Assembly: GCA_965197905.1 (NCBI GenBank)
Contig: CBDAOB010000005.1
Coordinates: forward strand, 544,001-608,000
DNA length: 64,000 bases
Reading direction: 5' to 3'
Source: Candidatus Latescibacterota bacterium
GTDB taxonomy: Bacteria > Latescibacterota > UBA2968 > UBA8231
Of the stretch, positions 47,235-55,687 are shown in pieces. Position numbers and translations under genes: made by a program. Positions within the stretch are counted from its first letter, which is position 1; each line of letters starts with the position of its first letter. Under the pieces are notes generated by a model, which did no database searches, was not told where the DNA came from, and worked only from the letters and a program-made list of their open reading frames with translations.

Positions 47235-48272
47235 CTAGAGGGCGAGAAACCGGGCCGGATTTGCCACCATGATGCCGTCGATATCGGTCGGGGTGAGGCC
47301 GCTGGCGTGGAGGCGGGGCACGATGTGTTCAAGGATGTGGGCATAGCCGTAACCGCCGAAGGCGGTCATATCCATGCGGTAACAGCAGTCTTGGGCGACC
47401 ATGATCGAATCAAGATAGCCGCGACGCACCAGCTCGGCGATTACATCCACCCGCACGTTGTCGCTGGGATGCTGTCGGCCCAGGTGGGCGTAGTAGATAT
47501 CTCGGCCGAATGTGTCGAAACTCAGTTTGCAACCGGTATCCGCCAGATGACGATATAGATCGACGTCGGTGCGAAAGCGTGCTCCCACGTGGCTCATGAT
47601 GACCCGGTCGGGATCGACTCCGTCGTGGCGCAGCAGGTCGAGAACCTGAATCGGGGAGTGGGGGCTTTGCCCAGGGTGAATCGATATAGCGGCACCGGTC
47701 TCGAGGTGGGCTCGTGCCGCCGCGTGCAGGCACTTCTCTTCGTTCGGATGGAGAGGCCAGGAGGCCCCGATCTCGCCGATCAAGCCGGCGCGGACGTCCG
47801 TTCCGTCAATGCCTTTTTCGACACAGGCGACGATCTCGTCGGTAATGCCCCCGACGGTTTTTCCGTCCATATCCGGTGGATGAGACGGGAAGATGTAATA
47901 CCCTGATCCAGCGACGATATGGAGCCCTGTCGCGGCGGAGATTCGACGCAAACCCTCTGGTTGGGGGGAGATTCCGTTGATCGTCTGGTCGACGATCGCC
48001 TGCCCGCCGGCGTCCCGGAACCTGGAAGCCTCTGCGACGGCCAGGTCCTCTTCCAACATCTCGAGGTTGTGCAGCGAACTCATGGAATTGCGCCGTACCC
48101 AGCCCAGATTGCCCAGCTGAACTGGCTCTCGAGCGAGCTTTTTGCCCGGGGGATCCGCCGGTTCGACGAAATAACAACTCAGATCGAACAGCAAATGCTC
48201 GTGAATCAGGGTCGAACCCAGTTTTGCGGGCTCAAGCGGTCCCCGAACGGTAATAATCTGCTGATTTGCCAC
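47235..48272 (-). CDS. phosphotriesterase family protein (PHP-like, Glu-bridged)
   Basis: ITVRGP, TLIHEHL, GSGYY, AGLIGEIG, SIHP, SHV, SFDTFG, AQDC, GGYGYAHI, NPARFL. RBS AAGGAG. Confidence 0.9.
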   Translation of the reverse strand: MANQQIITVRGPLEPAKLGSTLIHEHLLFDLSCYFVEPADPPGKKLAREPVQLGNLGWVRRNSMSSLHNLEMLEEDLAVAEASRFRDAGGQAIVDQTINGISPQPEGLRRISAATGLHIVAGSGYYIFPSHPPDMDGKTVGGITDEIVACVEKGIDGTDVRAGLIGEIGASWPLHPNEEKCLHAAARAHLETGAAISIHPGQSPHSPIQVLDLLRHDGVDPDRVIMSHVGARFRTDVDLYRHLADTGCKLSFDTFGRDIYYAHLGRQHPSDNVRVDVIAELVRRGYLDSIMVAQDCCYRMDMTAFGGYGYAHILEHIVPRLHASGLTPTDIDGIMVANPARFLAL

Positions 48273-48336
48273 AGCTGGAACTCTCCTTTAGAAGGGGCCA
48301 AAAGGTGTTTTCTACGCAGGGGCACGTCAAGGGCGA

Positions 48337-48350
48337 AAATTGTCCAATTT
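48337..48350. promoter_or_regulatory. dyad AAATTG-TC-CAATTT in the divergent intergenic region (candidate operator)
   Basis: 6-bp perfect inverted repeat with 2-nt spacer, adjacent to a minus-strand TTGACG (48325-48330). Confidence 0.35.
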
Positions 48351-48520
48351 ATGAGGTTGAGGATCTAGGTAGCACTGGCTGAACCAGACTGAGTCTACAC
48401 AGAAGGGAGGTGAACGACGAGTAGAAATGGGCTTTCAGCCGAAATCCTAAGTGGTACATAAATCAGTAGCCGTACGCAAATCATGCACACGCTTCAACGC
48501 CTTATACCAAGGAGTAGACA

Positions 48521-50416
48521 GTGAAGCTAACCAAGATGCTTCTCAGCGTTTTCGCGATCGCCCTTCTGAGCTTCGGTCTTGCCGGCGCCCAGACGGCGGT
48601 CGAAGGATTTTCGTTTCCCGAGGGCGAAAAGTTGCCCGTGCGCTCGGGGATTCCCACGCCTTTGCTTGTTTCCGCCTCTGACGTAAGCTGGAGCGGCAGC
48701 GGTTCGGCGACCTTCAGCTTCAATTCAAGCCAGCGCGGTACCGCCTGGGTGATCATTTACGAGAAGGGCAACAACCAGACGGGCCGTCGTGGACCGGGTG
48801 GTGCCTGGCAGCGTTTGGTACCCCAGGATCTCTACGTCACTACCGTGCCCGCCTCTGGCCAGGCCATTGAGAGCGGTAACAACAGCATCGTCTGGGACGG
48901 CCGTGACTTCGAAGGCAACGCCGCCGGCGCCGGAGAGTACGAGTTCGACCTTGTCGTCGTGAACAATCTGGACGACCTGGTTGTGGTCGGCCCCGCCTCA
49001 GGCCCCACCGGTTTCACCTGGCCGAACATCGACCTGACCAAGGACCCGGTCGAGATCTTCGTGCAGGAGTACGAGCGCAGCGTGCCCGACCGCGGTCATG
49101 CCATCGGCGACATGGTCCGGGGCACCATCGGCACGAACTACCTGACCAATCCGACCGCCTGGGAGCGCTGGTCCTACAACAATGTCATGAACTGGGAAGG
49201 GGCGCGCACCGCGAGCGGCTTGCGTCAGGACGATGTGGACCCGGATATCTACTGGTCCAACGACTACACTGCCGAGTGCTGCAAGGGCATCTACAAGATG
49301 CGCATCAACCGCGCGGCGCAGAGCTGGGAAGGGGTTACCGACTTCGCCGAAGATGGCCGCTCGGTCAATGTCAACGGCGATCGTATCCTGCAGTTCAAGC
49401 CGGAGGGAGACGTCATCTGGCAGACGCTGCACGGAGTCCAGGAGGTGCCCTTCAGCGCCATTGAGAAGAGGGACAAGACCTCCGGCGCCACCCTGACCGA
49501 GTTTGACGTGGGCGATTTTTATCACGTCATCCGTACCGATGACGAGGGTAACGAGACCCTGCGATCCGGCGGCCCGCGTCAGATCGACGTGGTAGGCGAC
49601 CTGATCGTAACCTCTGCCTGGGGCCATCAGGCCATACTCGGCGTCAACAAGAACAGCGGTGAGGTTCTGTGGATGAACGACAACGGCGACGGCTATGGCG
49701 ACCGGCTCGACCAAGAAGGTGCTGCGGCGATCGGTGGCGTTGCCAGCCCGTCTATCAACATCACCGGCTCGACCATCGATCCGGGGAGTGGCAATTTTAC
49801 CCTGTTCAACATGGTCGGGGTCAACGGTCCCACCACGTGGGGCGCCATTGGTCGCGACGGCACCGGAATCTTCTCCATCAGCTATCCCGTGGATTGGGCA
49901 CGGGCTCGTCCCGGCTGCACGCGCTTCAACATGATCAATCAGGGAAGCCAGTATGACGGGCTCTACAGCTGCGTGAACCTGAACATGGTTGCCCAGGAGG
50001 ATGGGACCCACCACGGCAACACCCCGGAAGGGAAATACGGTCCTAAGATGCTGGCACCGACCCCGTACGACGTGTTCAGCGGGCGGCTGGGCGGGGGCGT
50101 GACCGCGGTTTCGGCGAACGGAAGCGCCGGCACCCCGGACAGCTACACGCTCGGCGACGCCTATCCGAACCCGTTCAATCCGCAGACCAGCGTCGAATTC
50201 GCGGTGCCATCTGACGGCTTCGTAAAGATCGAGATCTTCAACTCGGTCGGTCAGGTGGTGGCCAGCATGGTCGATCAGGATCTCAGTGCCGGTGCCTATA
50301 CCGCCACCTGGGATGCTCTCGACTCCAGCGGGAGCCAGGTATCCAGCGGTGTCTATTTCTACCGCATGGAAGCCGGCGAATTCACCGCCACCCGCTCGAT
50401 GACGTTACTGAAGTAG
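48521..50416 (+). CDS. secreted protein with FlgD Ig-like domains and T9SS type A-like C-terminal sorting domain
   Basis: Signal peptide ending LAGA-QT. N-terminal IVWDGRDFEGNAAGAGEYEF. C-terminal YPNPFNP...IFNSVGQVV...WDALDSSGSQVSSGVYFYRMEAGEFTATRSMTLLK. RBS AAGGAG. Confidence 0.85.
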   Translation: MKLTKMLLSVFAIALLSFGLAGAQTAVEGFSFPEGEKLPVRSGIPTPLLVSASDVSWSGSGSATFSFNSSQRGTAWVIIYEKGNNQTGRRGPGGAWQRLVPQDLYVTTVPASGQAIESGNNSIVWDGRDFEGNAAGAGEYEFDLVVVNNLDDLVVVGPASGPTGFTWPNIDLTKDPVEIFVQEYERSVPDRGHAIGDMVRGTIGTNYLTNPTAWERWSYNNVMNWEGARTASGLRQDDVDPDIYWSNDYTAECCKGIYKMRINRAAQSWEGVTDFAEDGRSVNVNGDRILQFKPEGDVIWQTLHGVQEVPFSAIEKRDKTSGATLTEFDVGDFYHVIRTDDEGNETLRSGGPRQIDVVGDLIVTSAWGHQAILGVNKNSGEVLWMNDNGDGYGDRLDQEGAAAIGGVASPSINITGSTIDPGSGNFTLFNMVGVNGPTTWGAIGRDGTGIFSISYPVDWARARPGCTRFNMINQGSQYDGLYSCVNLNMVAQEDGTHHGNTPEGKYGPKMLAPTPYDVFSGRLGGGVTAVSANGSAGTPDSYTLGDAYPNPFNPQTSVEFAVPSDGFVKIEIFNSVGQVVASMVDQDLSAGAYTATWDALDSSGSQVSSGVYFYRMEAGEFTATRSMTLLK

Positions 50417-50444
50417 GCCCGAACAACCTGCTTCGAGCAGTTGT

Positions 50445-50482
50445 AGCAGAGGGGGAGCACCTGCTCCCCCTCTGCTTTTTTT
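50445..50482 (+). terminator. rho-independent terminator
   Basis: 14-bp perfect stem AGCAGAGGGGGAGC/GCTCCCCCTCTGCT with 4-nt loop ACCT, followed by a T-run. Confidence 0.88.
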
Positions 50483-50503
50483 GTGCGCAACCCCCCCAAT
50501 CTG

Positions 50504-52507
50504 ATGCAATCCGGTAGACCAGAACCCCCCTCGAGGACGGAGGGATCGGCAGCCACCGTCGACACAGCGGAAACCTCGCGGCCGAGCATCTCTCCGCGGG
50601 GTGTCCTCCTGGGAGCGATCACGGCCTCGGCGATGCTGTATTACGTGGTTGTGGTGGGGCAGGGGATCGGTGCCGGTCGCTACGTAAACTCCCAGTTCCC
50701 CATGACGGCGTTCATGCCGTTTGTGCTCTGGCTCTTCATCAACGTGCTGTTGAAACGGTTGTGGCCCTCCCAGGCGCTCAGTCGCGGGGAGCTGCTCACT
50801 ATTCTGACCATGGTCTGGGTTGTGGGCATCATGCCCCAAAGGGGGTGGATGAGCTTCTGGACCGCCATCATGGCGGGTCCCACCATCCTGGCTACCAAAG
50901 AGAACCTTTGGGCAGAGATCTTCTTCGACTACCTGCCGTGGCACGTATTCGCTCCGACCAAAGGGCGCATCCTGGATCCGTTTTTTTTCGGCTTGGAAGA
51001 GGGGATGCCGTTGCCATGGGACGGTTGGCTGGGGGTGCTGGGGCAGTGGCTTGGGGTCTGCATGGCGATGGTGATTTTCGGTTACTGCCTGATGGTTCTT
51101 TTCCAGAAGCATTGGGAGGATGGGGAAAAGCTCACCTTCCCGCTAGCGCAGCTACCCTTGGACCTGACCCGAGGATTCGACCGCCATCGAATTCCCGATC
51201 TCTTTCGCCTGAGGCTCTTCTGGCTCGGCTTTTTCGTGGTTTTTATCACCCTCGCCTACAACGTAGTCACCTACTTTGTTCCCGGGCTGCCGCCAGTGGA
51301 GATCTGGACCAAACGCGTTCCCATAGAGCTTTTAGAAGACTTTCCGTCCGTTACCATTCGCGTACTGCCGATCGTGCTGGCGGTAACCTATCTCTGCCCC
51401 GTGGACATTCTGGGCAGCCTGGTCTTGTTCCATCTCCTCTACTTGGTCAAAGAGGGGTTGATACGAAGGGCCGGCTTCTCGGTAGAGGGATTCTCCGGAG
51501 TCGGCGCCACCGGACAGATCGCCGAATACAAACAGATCATCTTCATGGAGAGTTATGGCGCCCTGATCTTCGTCGCCCTTTGGTCCATCTGGCTCGCCCG
51601 CGGCCACCTGCGCTGGGTCTGGCGGCTGGTCTGGTCGGCGGGGGTTGATCGTGGGGAAGTCGCGCGTTACCGACTGGCCGCAGGAGGACTGGCCGTCTCA
51701 GCGATCTATGTGATCGTCTGGGGCATGGGATTGGGCATGGGTTTGCCGTTAACTCTGCTGGCTTTCGTGGTAATGGTCCTGACCTATTTCGTAATCGTCA
51801 AGCTGATCGCCGCCACCGGGTTCTCCTACCTCCTTCCAAACGAGCCCCACGCCAAGGGGCAGTCTTTCATCGCCGAGCTCGTGGGTACCATTCATCTTTC
51901 GCCCCGGGAGGTGGTGGCGTACAAGGTGTTCGCCAGCCGCGCCTTCTTCGGCGACACCCGGATTCCCGCCTGGCCGGCGATCACCCACCACCTACGCAGT
52001 TTCTCACTCGAGCGTCAGCCAGGGTGGGTAACCGCCACCATTTTCGTCGCTTTCCCGGTCGGGTTTCTGGTGACCGCAACCTCTACCATCGAACTGAATT
52101 ACCAGGAGGGCAGCTCCGCCGGCTTGTCGGGATTTCTATTCAACGATCTCGTCAACCTGATGAACAACCCTTCGGAGTCCACGGTGGGCAAGTGGCTCGT
52201 CTGGGGCACCGGATTCGTTGAGGCGGCCGGCATCGCCTATCTTCGGGGACGCTATCACTGGTTCCCACTTCACCCGATGGGGTTGGCTTTTCAAGCCACC
52301 ACAGGGGTCTGGGTCTACTGGTTCAGCCTTTTCCTGGTTTGGACCGTGAAGCTGGTCCTGCTGCGATACGGGGGTGTTAGCGCCTTCCTCAAGGGAAAGC
52401 CATTCTTCTATGGCATGGCGGTCGGTTACGTGCTGGGTGTAACACTCTCTGGTATCGTGGATCTTTTTTGGTTTCCGGCGGGTGGTCACCGGATGCATGC
52501 ATGGTAG
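50504..52507 (+). CDS. DUF6785/DUF6784-type polytopic inner-membrane protein (putative transporter), copy 2
   Basis: SQFPMTAFMPFV, WEDGEKLTFPLAQLP, YLCPVDILGS, PAWPAITHHL, HWFPLHPMG, VKLVLLRYGG, KPFFYG, all shared with 7331-9262. Start uncertain (50483 or 50504). Confidence 0.78.
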   Translation: MQSGRPEPPSRTEGSAATVDTAETSRPSISPRGVLLGAITASAMLYYVVVVGQGIGAGRYVNSQFPMTAFMPFVLWLFINVLLKRLWPSQALSRGELLTILTMVWVVGIMPQRGWMSFWTAIMAGPTILATKENLWAEIFFDYLPWHVFAPTKGRILDPFFFGLEEGMPLPWDGWLGVLGQWLGVCMAMVIFGYCLMVLFQKHWEDGEKLTFPLAQLPLDLTRGFDRHRIPDLFRLRLFWLGFFVVFITLAYNVVTYFVPGLPPVEIWTKRVPIELLEDFPSVTIRVLPIVLAVTYLCPVDILGSLVLFHLLYLVKEGLIRRAGFSVEGFSGVGATGQIAEYKQIIFMESYGALIFVALWSIWLARGHLRWVWRLVWSAGVDRGEVARYRLAAGGLAVSAIYVIVWGMGLGMGLPLTLLAFVVMVLTYFVIVKLIAATGFSYLLPNEPHAKGQSFIAELVGTIHLSPREVVAYKVFASRAFFGDTRIPAWPAITHHLRSFSLERQPGWVTATIFVAFPVGFLVTATSTIELNYQEGSSAGLSGFLFNDLVNLMNNPSESTVGKWLVWGTGFVEAAGIAYLRGRYHWFPLHPMGLAFQATTGVWVYWFSLFLVWTVKLVLLRYGGVSAFLKGKPFFYGMAVGYVLGVTLSGIVDLFWFPAGGHRMHAW

Positions 52508-52576
52508 AAGCGCCTCCTGCTCGAAGCTGTTGGCGGATTTCATTCCGCCGTAGATTCTGCCCGTGGCAGTAATACC

Positions 52577-54007
52577 ATGAGATCTATCGACTCGGCGTGG
52601 TGGCACCTGAGTCTTCGCCGCCGAACGACCTATCTTTTGTCAGCTCTCGCCATGCTGGGTTTGGTTTTGATGTGGGGCTTCTGGCCGCGACCACTGACCC
52701 CGCCGACTATTCCAGAGAGTCTATACGGGGCAGATCCCGCGGCTTATCGTCTCGTTGAGAGAGGAGTCAACGAGGTCTCCTCCAATACAACAGACCCGTT
52801 GGCCTGGTTGCGCCTCGGCTTCGCCTACGAAGCCAACGAACTGGACTCGCTCGCACTGGAGAGTTATCTGAACGCCTTGGATCTGGACGGTGGAGATCCC
52901 AAGATCTGGTATCGTCTGTCCCAAGTCCGCAAGCGTCTGGGCGATAGGCCGGCGGCCGTCGAGGCAGCGAAAGTCGCAGTCGATCTGGCGCCCGGTTACG
53001 CACCTCTTCGGCTCCGTCTTGGACTCTGGCTCCTCGAACAGGGGAAGCTGACGCAAGCCGACCACTGGTTTGCCCAAGCCGCCGAACTCGACCGGCACGA
53101 GCCGGCGGGAACATGGGGTCGGGCGCGGGTCATGATGCAGCGGAATCACCCCCACAAAGCGGAGAAAATCCTTCGGCGTCTAGACACCGAGTTGCCCGGG
53201 CATTCATACACGCACCTCCTCCTTGCCGCAGCCTACAGACAACTTGGCCGTGCCGTCGATTCAGCAGAGGAGTTTTCCAAGGGGCAGGGCGCCTATTTCA
53301 GTTTTTCCGATCCCTGGAATCAGGACCTTAACCCCTACCAAACGGGATTGATGCATCAGTTGCGGGCATCGGAGCAGCTAATCGAGTCTGGGCGCCTGGA
53401 CGAAGCCCGAGGGCTTCTCCAACGGCTATACACCCAATATCCAGACCATTTTTCCGTGCTGAACAATCTTGGAATCGTTTATACCAAGATAGGGATGACT
53501 CAGGAGGCCATTAGGATGTTCCGTCGCGCGCTGGCGCGGCACCCGAACAATCCCCATCTACATTCCAACATAGCTACCACCTATCTGGTAGCCGGCAATT
53601 CGAGCATGGCGATGAAACATTTGGATCGTGTTGTTGGGCATCCGAGTCTCGACAATGTGCCCGAGAAACGGGGCCTGGCACTGTTGCAAGCACGCCGACC
53701 GCTCGATGCGGCTATTGCGCTTGAGCGCGCTCATGCTGCAGATCCTGACAATGCGCTCGTTCTAGTACAACTCGGCGTAGCTCAATGCGATTTGAGGTTA
53801 TGGAAGCAAGCCCTAGACAAATTCGAGCGGGCGCTCGCGTTGGACTCTACACTGGTCGAAGCTCAATTGGGCGTCGGCACGGCGGCCATGAATCTGGGGA
53901 GGTCGCAAAGGGCGCAAGAAGCGTTTAGGCAGGCATCGATTCTCGATCCCTCGAACGAAATGAGAATGCTTCTTCAAAGAATCCGCAATCCACAAAACTT
54001 CAACTAG
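52577..54007 (+). CDS. membrane-anchored tetratricopeptide repeat protein
   Basis: N-terminal TM segment, then repeated TPR-like units (AWLRLG, IWYRLS, VLNNLG, VLVQLG, AQLGVG). Confidence 0.85.
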   Translation: MRSIDSAWWHLSLRRRTTYLLSALAMLGLVLMWGFWPRPLTPPTIPESLYGADPAAYRLVERGVNEVSSNTTDPLAWLRLGFAYEANELDSLALESYLNALDLDGGDPKIWYRLSQVRKRLGDRPAAVEAAKVAVDLAPGYAPLRLRLGLWLLEQGKLTQADHWFAQAAELDRHEPAGTWGRARVMMQRNHPHKAEKILRRLDTELPGHSYTHLLLAAAYRQLGRAVDSAEEFSKGQGAYFSFSDPWNQDLNPYQTGLMHQLRASEQLIESGRLDEARGLLQRLYTQYPDHFSVLNNLGIVYTKIGMTQEAIRMFRRALARHPNNPHLHSNIATTYLVAGNSSMAMKHLDRVVGHPSLDNVPEKRGLALLQARRPLDAAIALERAHAADPDNALVLVQLGVAQCDLRLWKQALDKFERALALDSTLVEAQLGVGTAAMNLGRSQRAQEAFRQASILDPSNEMRMLLQRIRNPQNFN

Positions 54008-54014
54008 GAATTCC

Positions 54015-55682
54015 ATGACGCGAGTGCTCGTCTCGCTTTCTCTGCCGACCCTATGCGCCGTAAGCTGCCAGTTTGGGGTGGATGCGGACAACGAAGGGGC
54101 TCCGTGGTTTGAAGAGCGATCTATAGAGAGGGGAGTCGTGTTTCGGCTGGAATCTGGACATGATAAAAGGTATTTGATGCCGGAACTGACGGGTGGCGGG
54201 GCAGCACTATTCGACATGGACGCCGACGGCGATCTCGACGCCTATCTAGTACAGGGGGGTGGTCTAGAAACCAAGGCGGAATCCACGTCCACAAATCAGC
54301 TGTTCAGCAACGATGGTGCCGGAATATTCGAGAACGTTACCACTGGTAGCGGAAGCGCCGACCCTGGATACGGTATGGGTGTTGCAACGGGCGACTACGA
54401 CAATGACGGTGATGCCGATGTTTACATCGCCAACGTCGGTTCCAATGCGCTGTTGAAAAACCTCGGAAACGGTCGATTCGATGACGTCACGCGAGAGGCG
54501 GGCGTCGGAGACGAAGCCTGGGGCACAAGCGCGGTTTTTGTCGACTACGATGCCGATGGTGATCTGGATCTCTTCGTAGCAAACTACATGCACTGGTCAC
54601 CCGCCATCGAACGCCCGTGCACGAACGCCTCAGGTTTGCCCGACTACTGTTACCCGCCGGTCTACAAGATGCCGGCGGTCGACGTATTGTACCGCAATGA
54701 TGGCACCGGCAGCTTCTCGGACGTGTCTGACGAGGCCGGAATGGAGACGGCATTCGGATACGGTTTCGGCACTGTAGCCGGCGATTTTACGGGAGATGGA
54801 CTTGCCGACATCTTCGTGGCGAACGACGGCTCCCAGAACCAGCTATGGGTGAACCAGGGCGGCGACAGTTTCGCTGATCAGGCCCTCTCCAGGGGTTGTG
54901 CCCTGGGCGAGAGCGGCCGGCCAAAGGCGGGGATGGGCGTGACTTCCAACGATTTCAACGATGACGGGAAGCCCGACCTATTGGTCGTAAACCTGCAATC
55001 TGAAACGGACTCCTACTTTCGAAATGAGGGCCCATATTTCGTCGACGCGTCAACCTCGCTGGGATTGTCCGGCGGAAGCGACCTCTATACACGTTTTGGG
55101 GTCGGAATAGTCGACTTCGACAACGATGGCTATCTGGACGGCTATTTCGCCAACGGCCGGATCAACAAAGTCGATCTCGATGTCACCGATCGTTACGCCG
55201 AGCCGAATTTGCTCTACAGTGGGGTGGCGGGAGTGCGTTTCGAGGAAGTGACCCCGCGCGGGGGTACCAAAGAGCTACTAGTCGGGACGAGCCGTGCCGC
55301 CGCTTTCGGCGACGTGGACAACGACGGTGGCGTCGATGTATTAGTCGTAAATCGTAATGCCCAGGTCTACCTGCTCCACAACCTGGTTGGTAAAAAAGGA
55401 AACTGGATCACGTTTCGCTTAGTCAATTTAAACGGTGCTGACGCTCTCGGGGCGATATTGTCCGTGGATGTTGCCGGCCAGCGCCGGTGGCGAGAAGCGC
55501 GAACGGCATACAGCTTCCAAGCGGCCAACGATCCGAGGGTGCACATCGGTTTGGGAGATATCTCTAACATCGCGGCTGTCGAGGTGCGGTGGCCAGAGGG
55601 TAAGACGGAGCGCTTCGGTGACTGCGCCGCCAACCAGGTAATTCAGCTAGTGCAGGGAACGGGAGAGGCTGTGACGCCGTAA
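54015..55682 (+). CDS. CRTAC1-family protein (FG-GAP repeats + ASPIC/UnbV domain), possible lipoprotein
   Basis: GGGAALFDMDADGDLD, GDYDNDG, AGMGV, SRAAAFGDVDNDG, RVHIGLG, VEVRWP. Lipobox-like AVSC. Confidence 0.88.
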   Translation: MTRVLVSLSLPTLCAVSCQFGVDADNEGAPWFEERSIERGVVFRLESGHDKRYLMPELTGGGAALFDMDADGDLDAYLVQGGGLETKAESTSTNQLFSNDGAGIFENVTTGSGSADPGYGMGVATGDYDNDGDADVYIANVGSNALLKNLGNGRFDDVTREAGVGDEAWGTSAVFVDYDADGDLDLFVANYMHWSPAIERPCTNASGLPDYCYPPVYKMPAVDVLYRNDGTGSFSDVSDEAGMETAFGYGFGTVAGDFTGDGLADIFVANDGSQNQLWVNQGGDSFADQALSRGCALGESGRPKAGMGVTSNDFNDDGKPDLLVVNLQSETDSYFRNEGPYFVDASTSLGLSGGSDLYTRFGVGIVDFDNDGYLDGYFANGRINKVDLDVTDRYAEPNLLYSGVAGVRFEEVTPRGGTKELLVGTSRAAAFGDVDNDGGVDVLVVNRNAQVYLLHNLVGKKGNWITFRLVNLNGADALGAILSVDVAGQRRWREARTAYSFQAANDPRVHIGLGDISNIAAVEVRWPEGKTERFGDCAANQVIQLVQGTGEAVTP

Positions 55683-55687
55683 GAATT

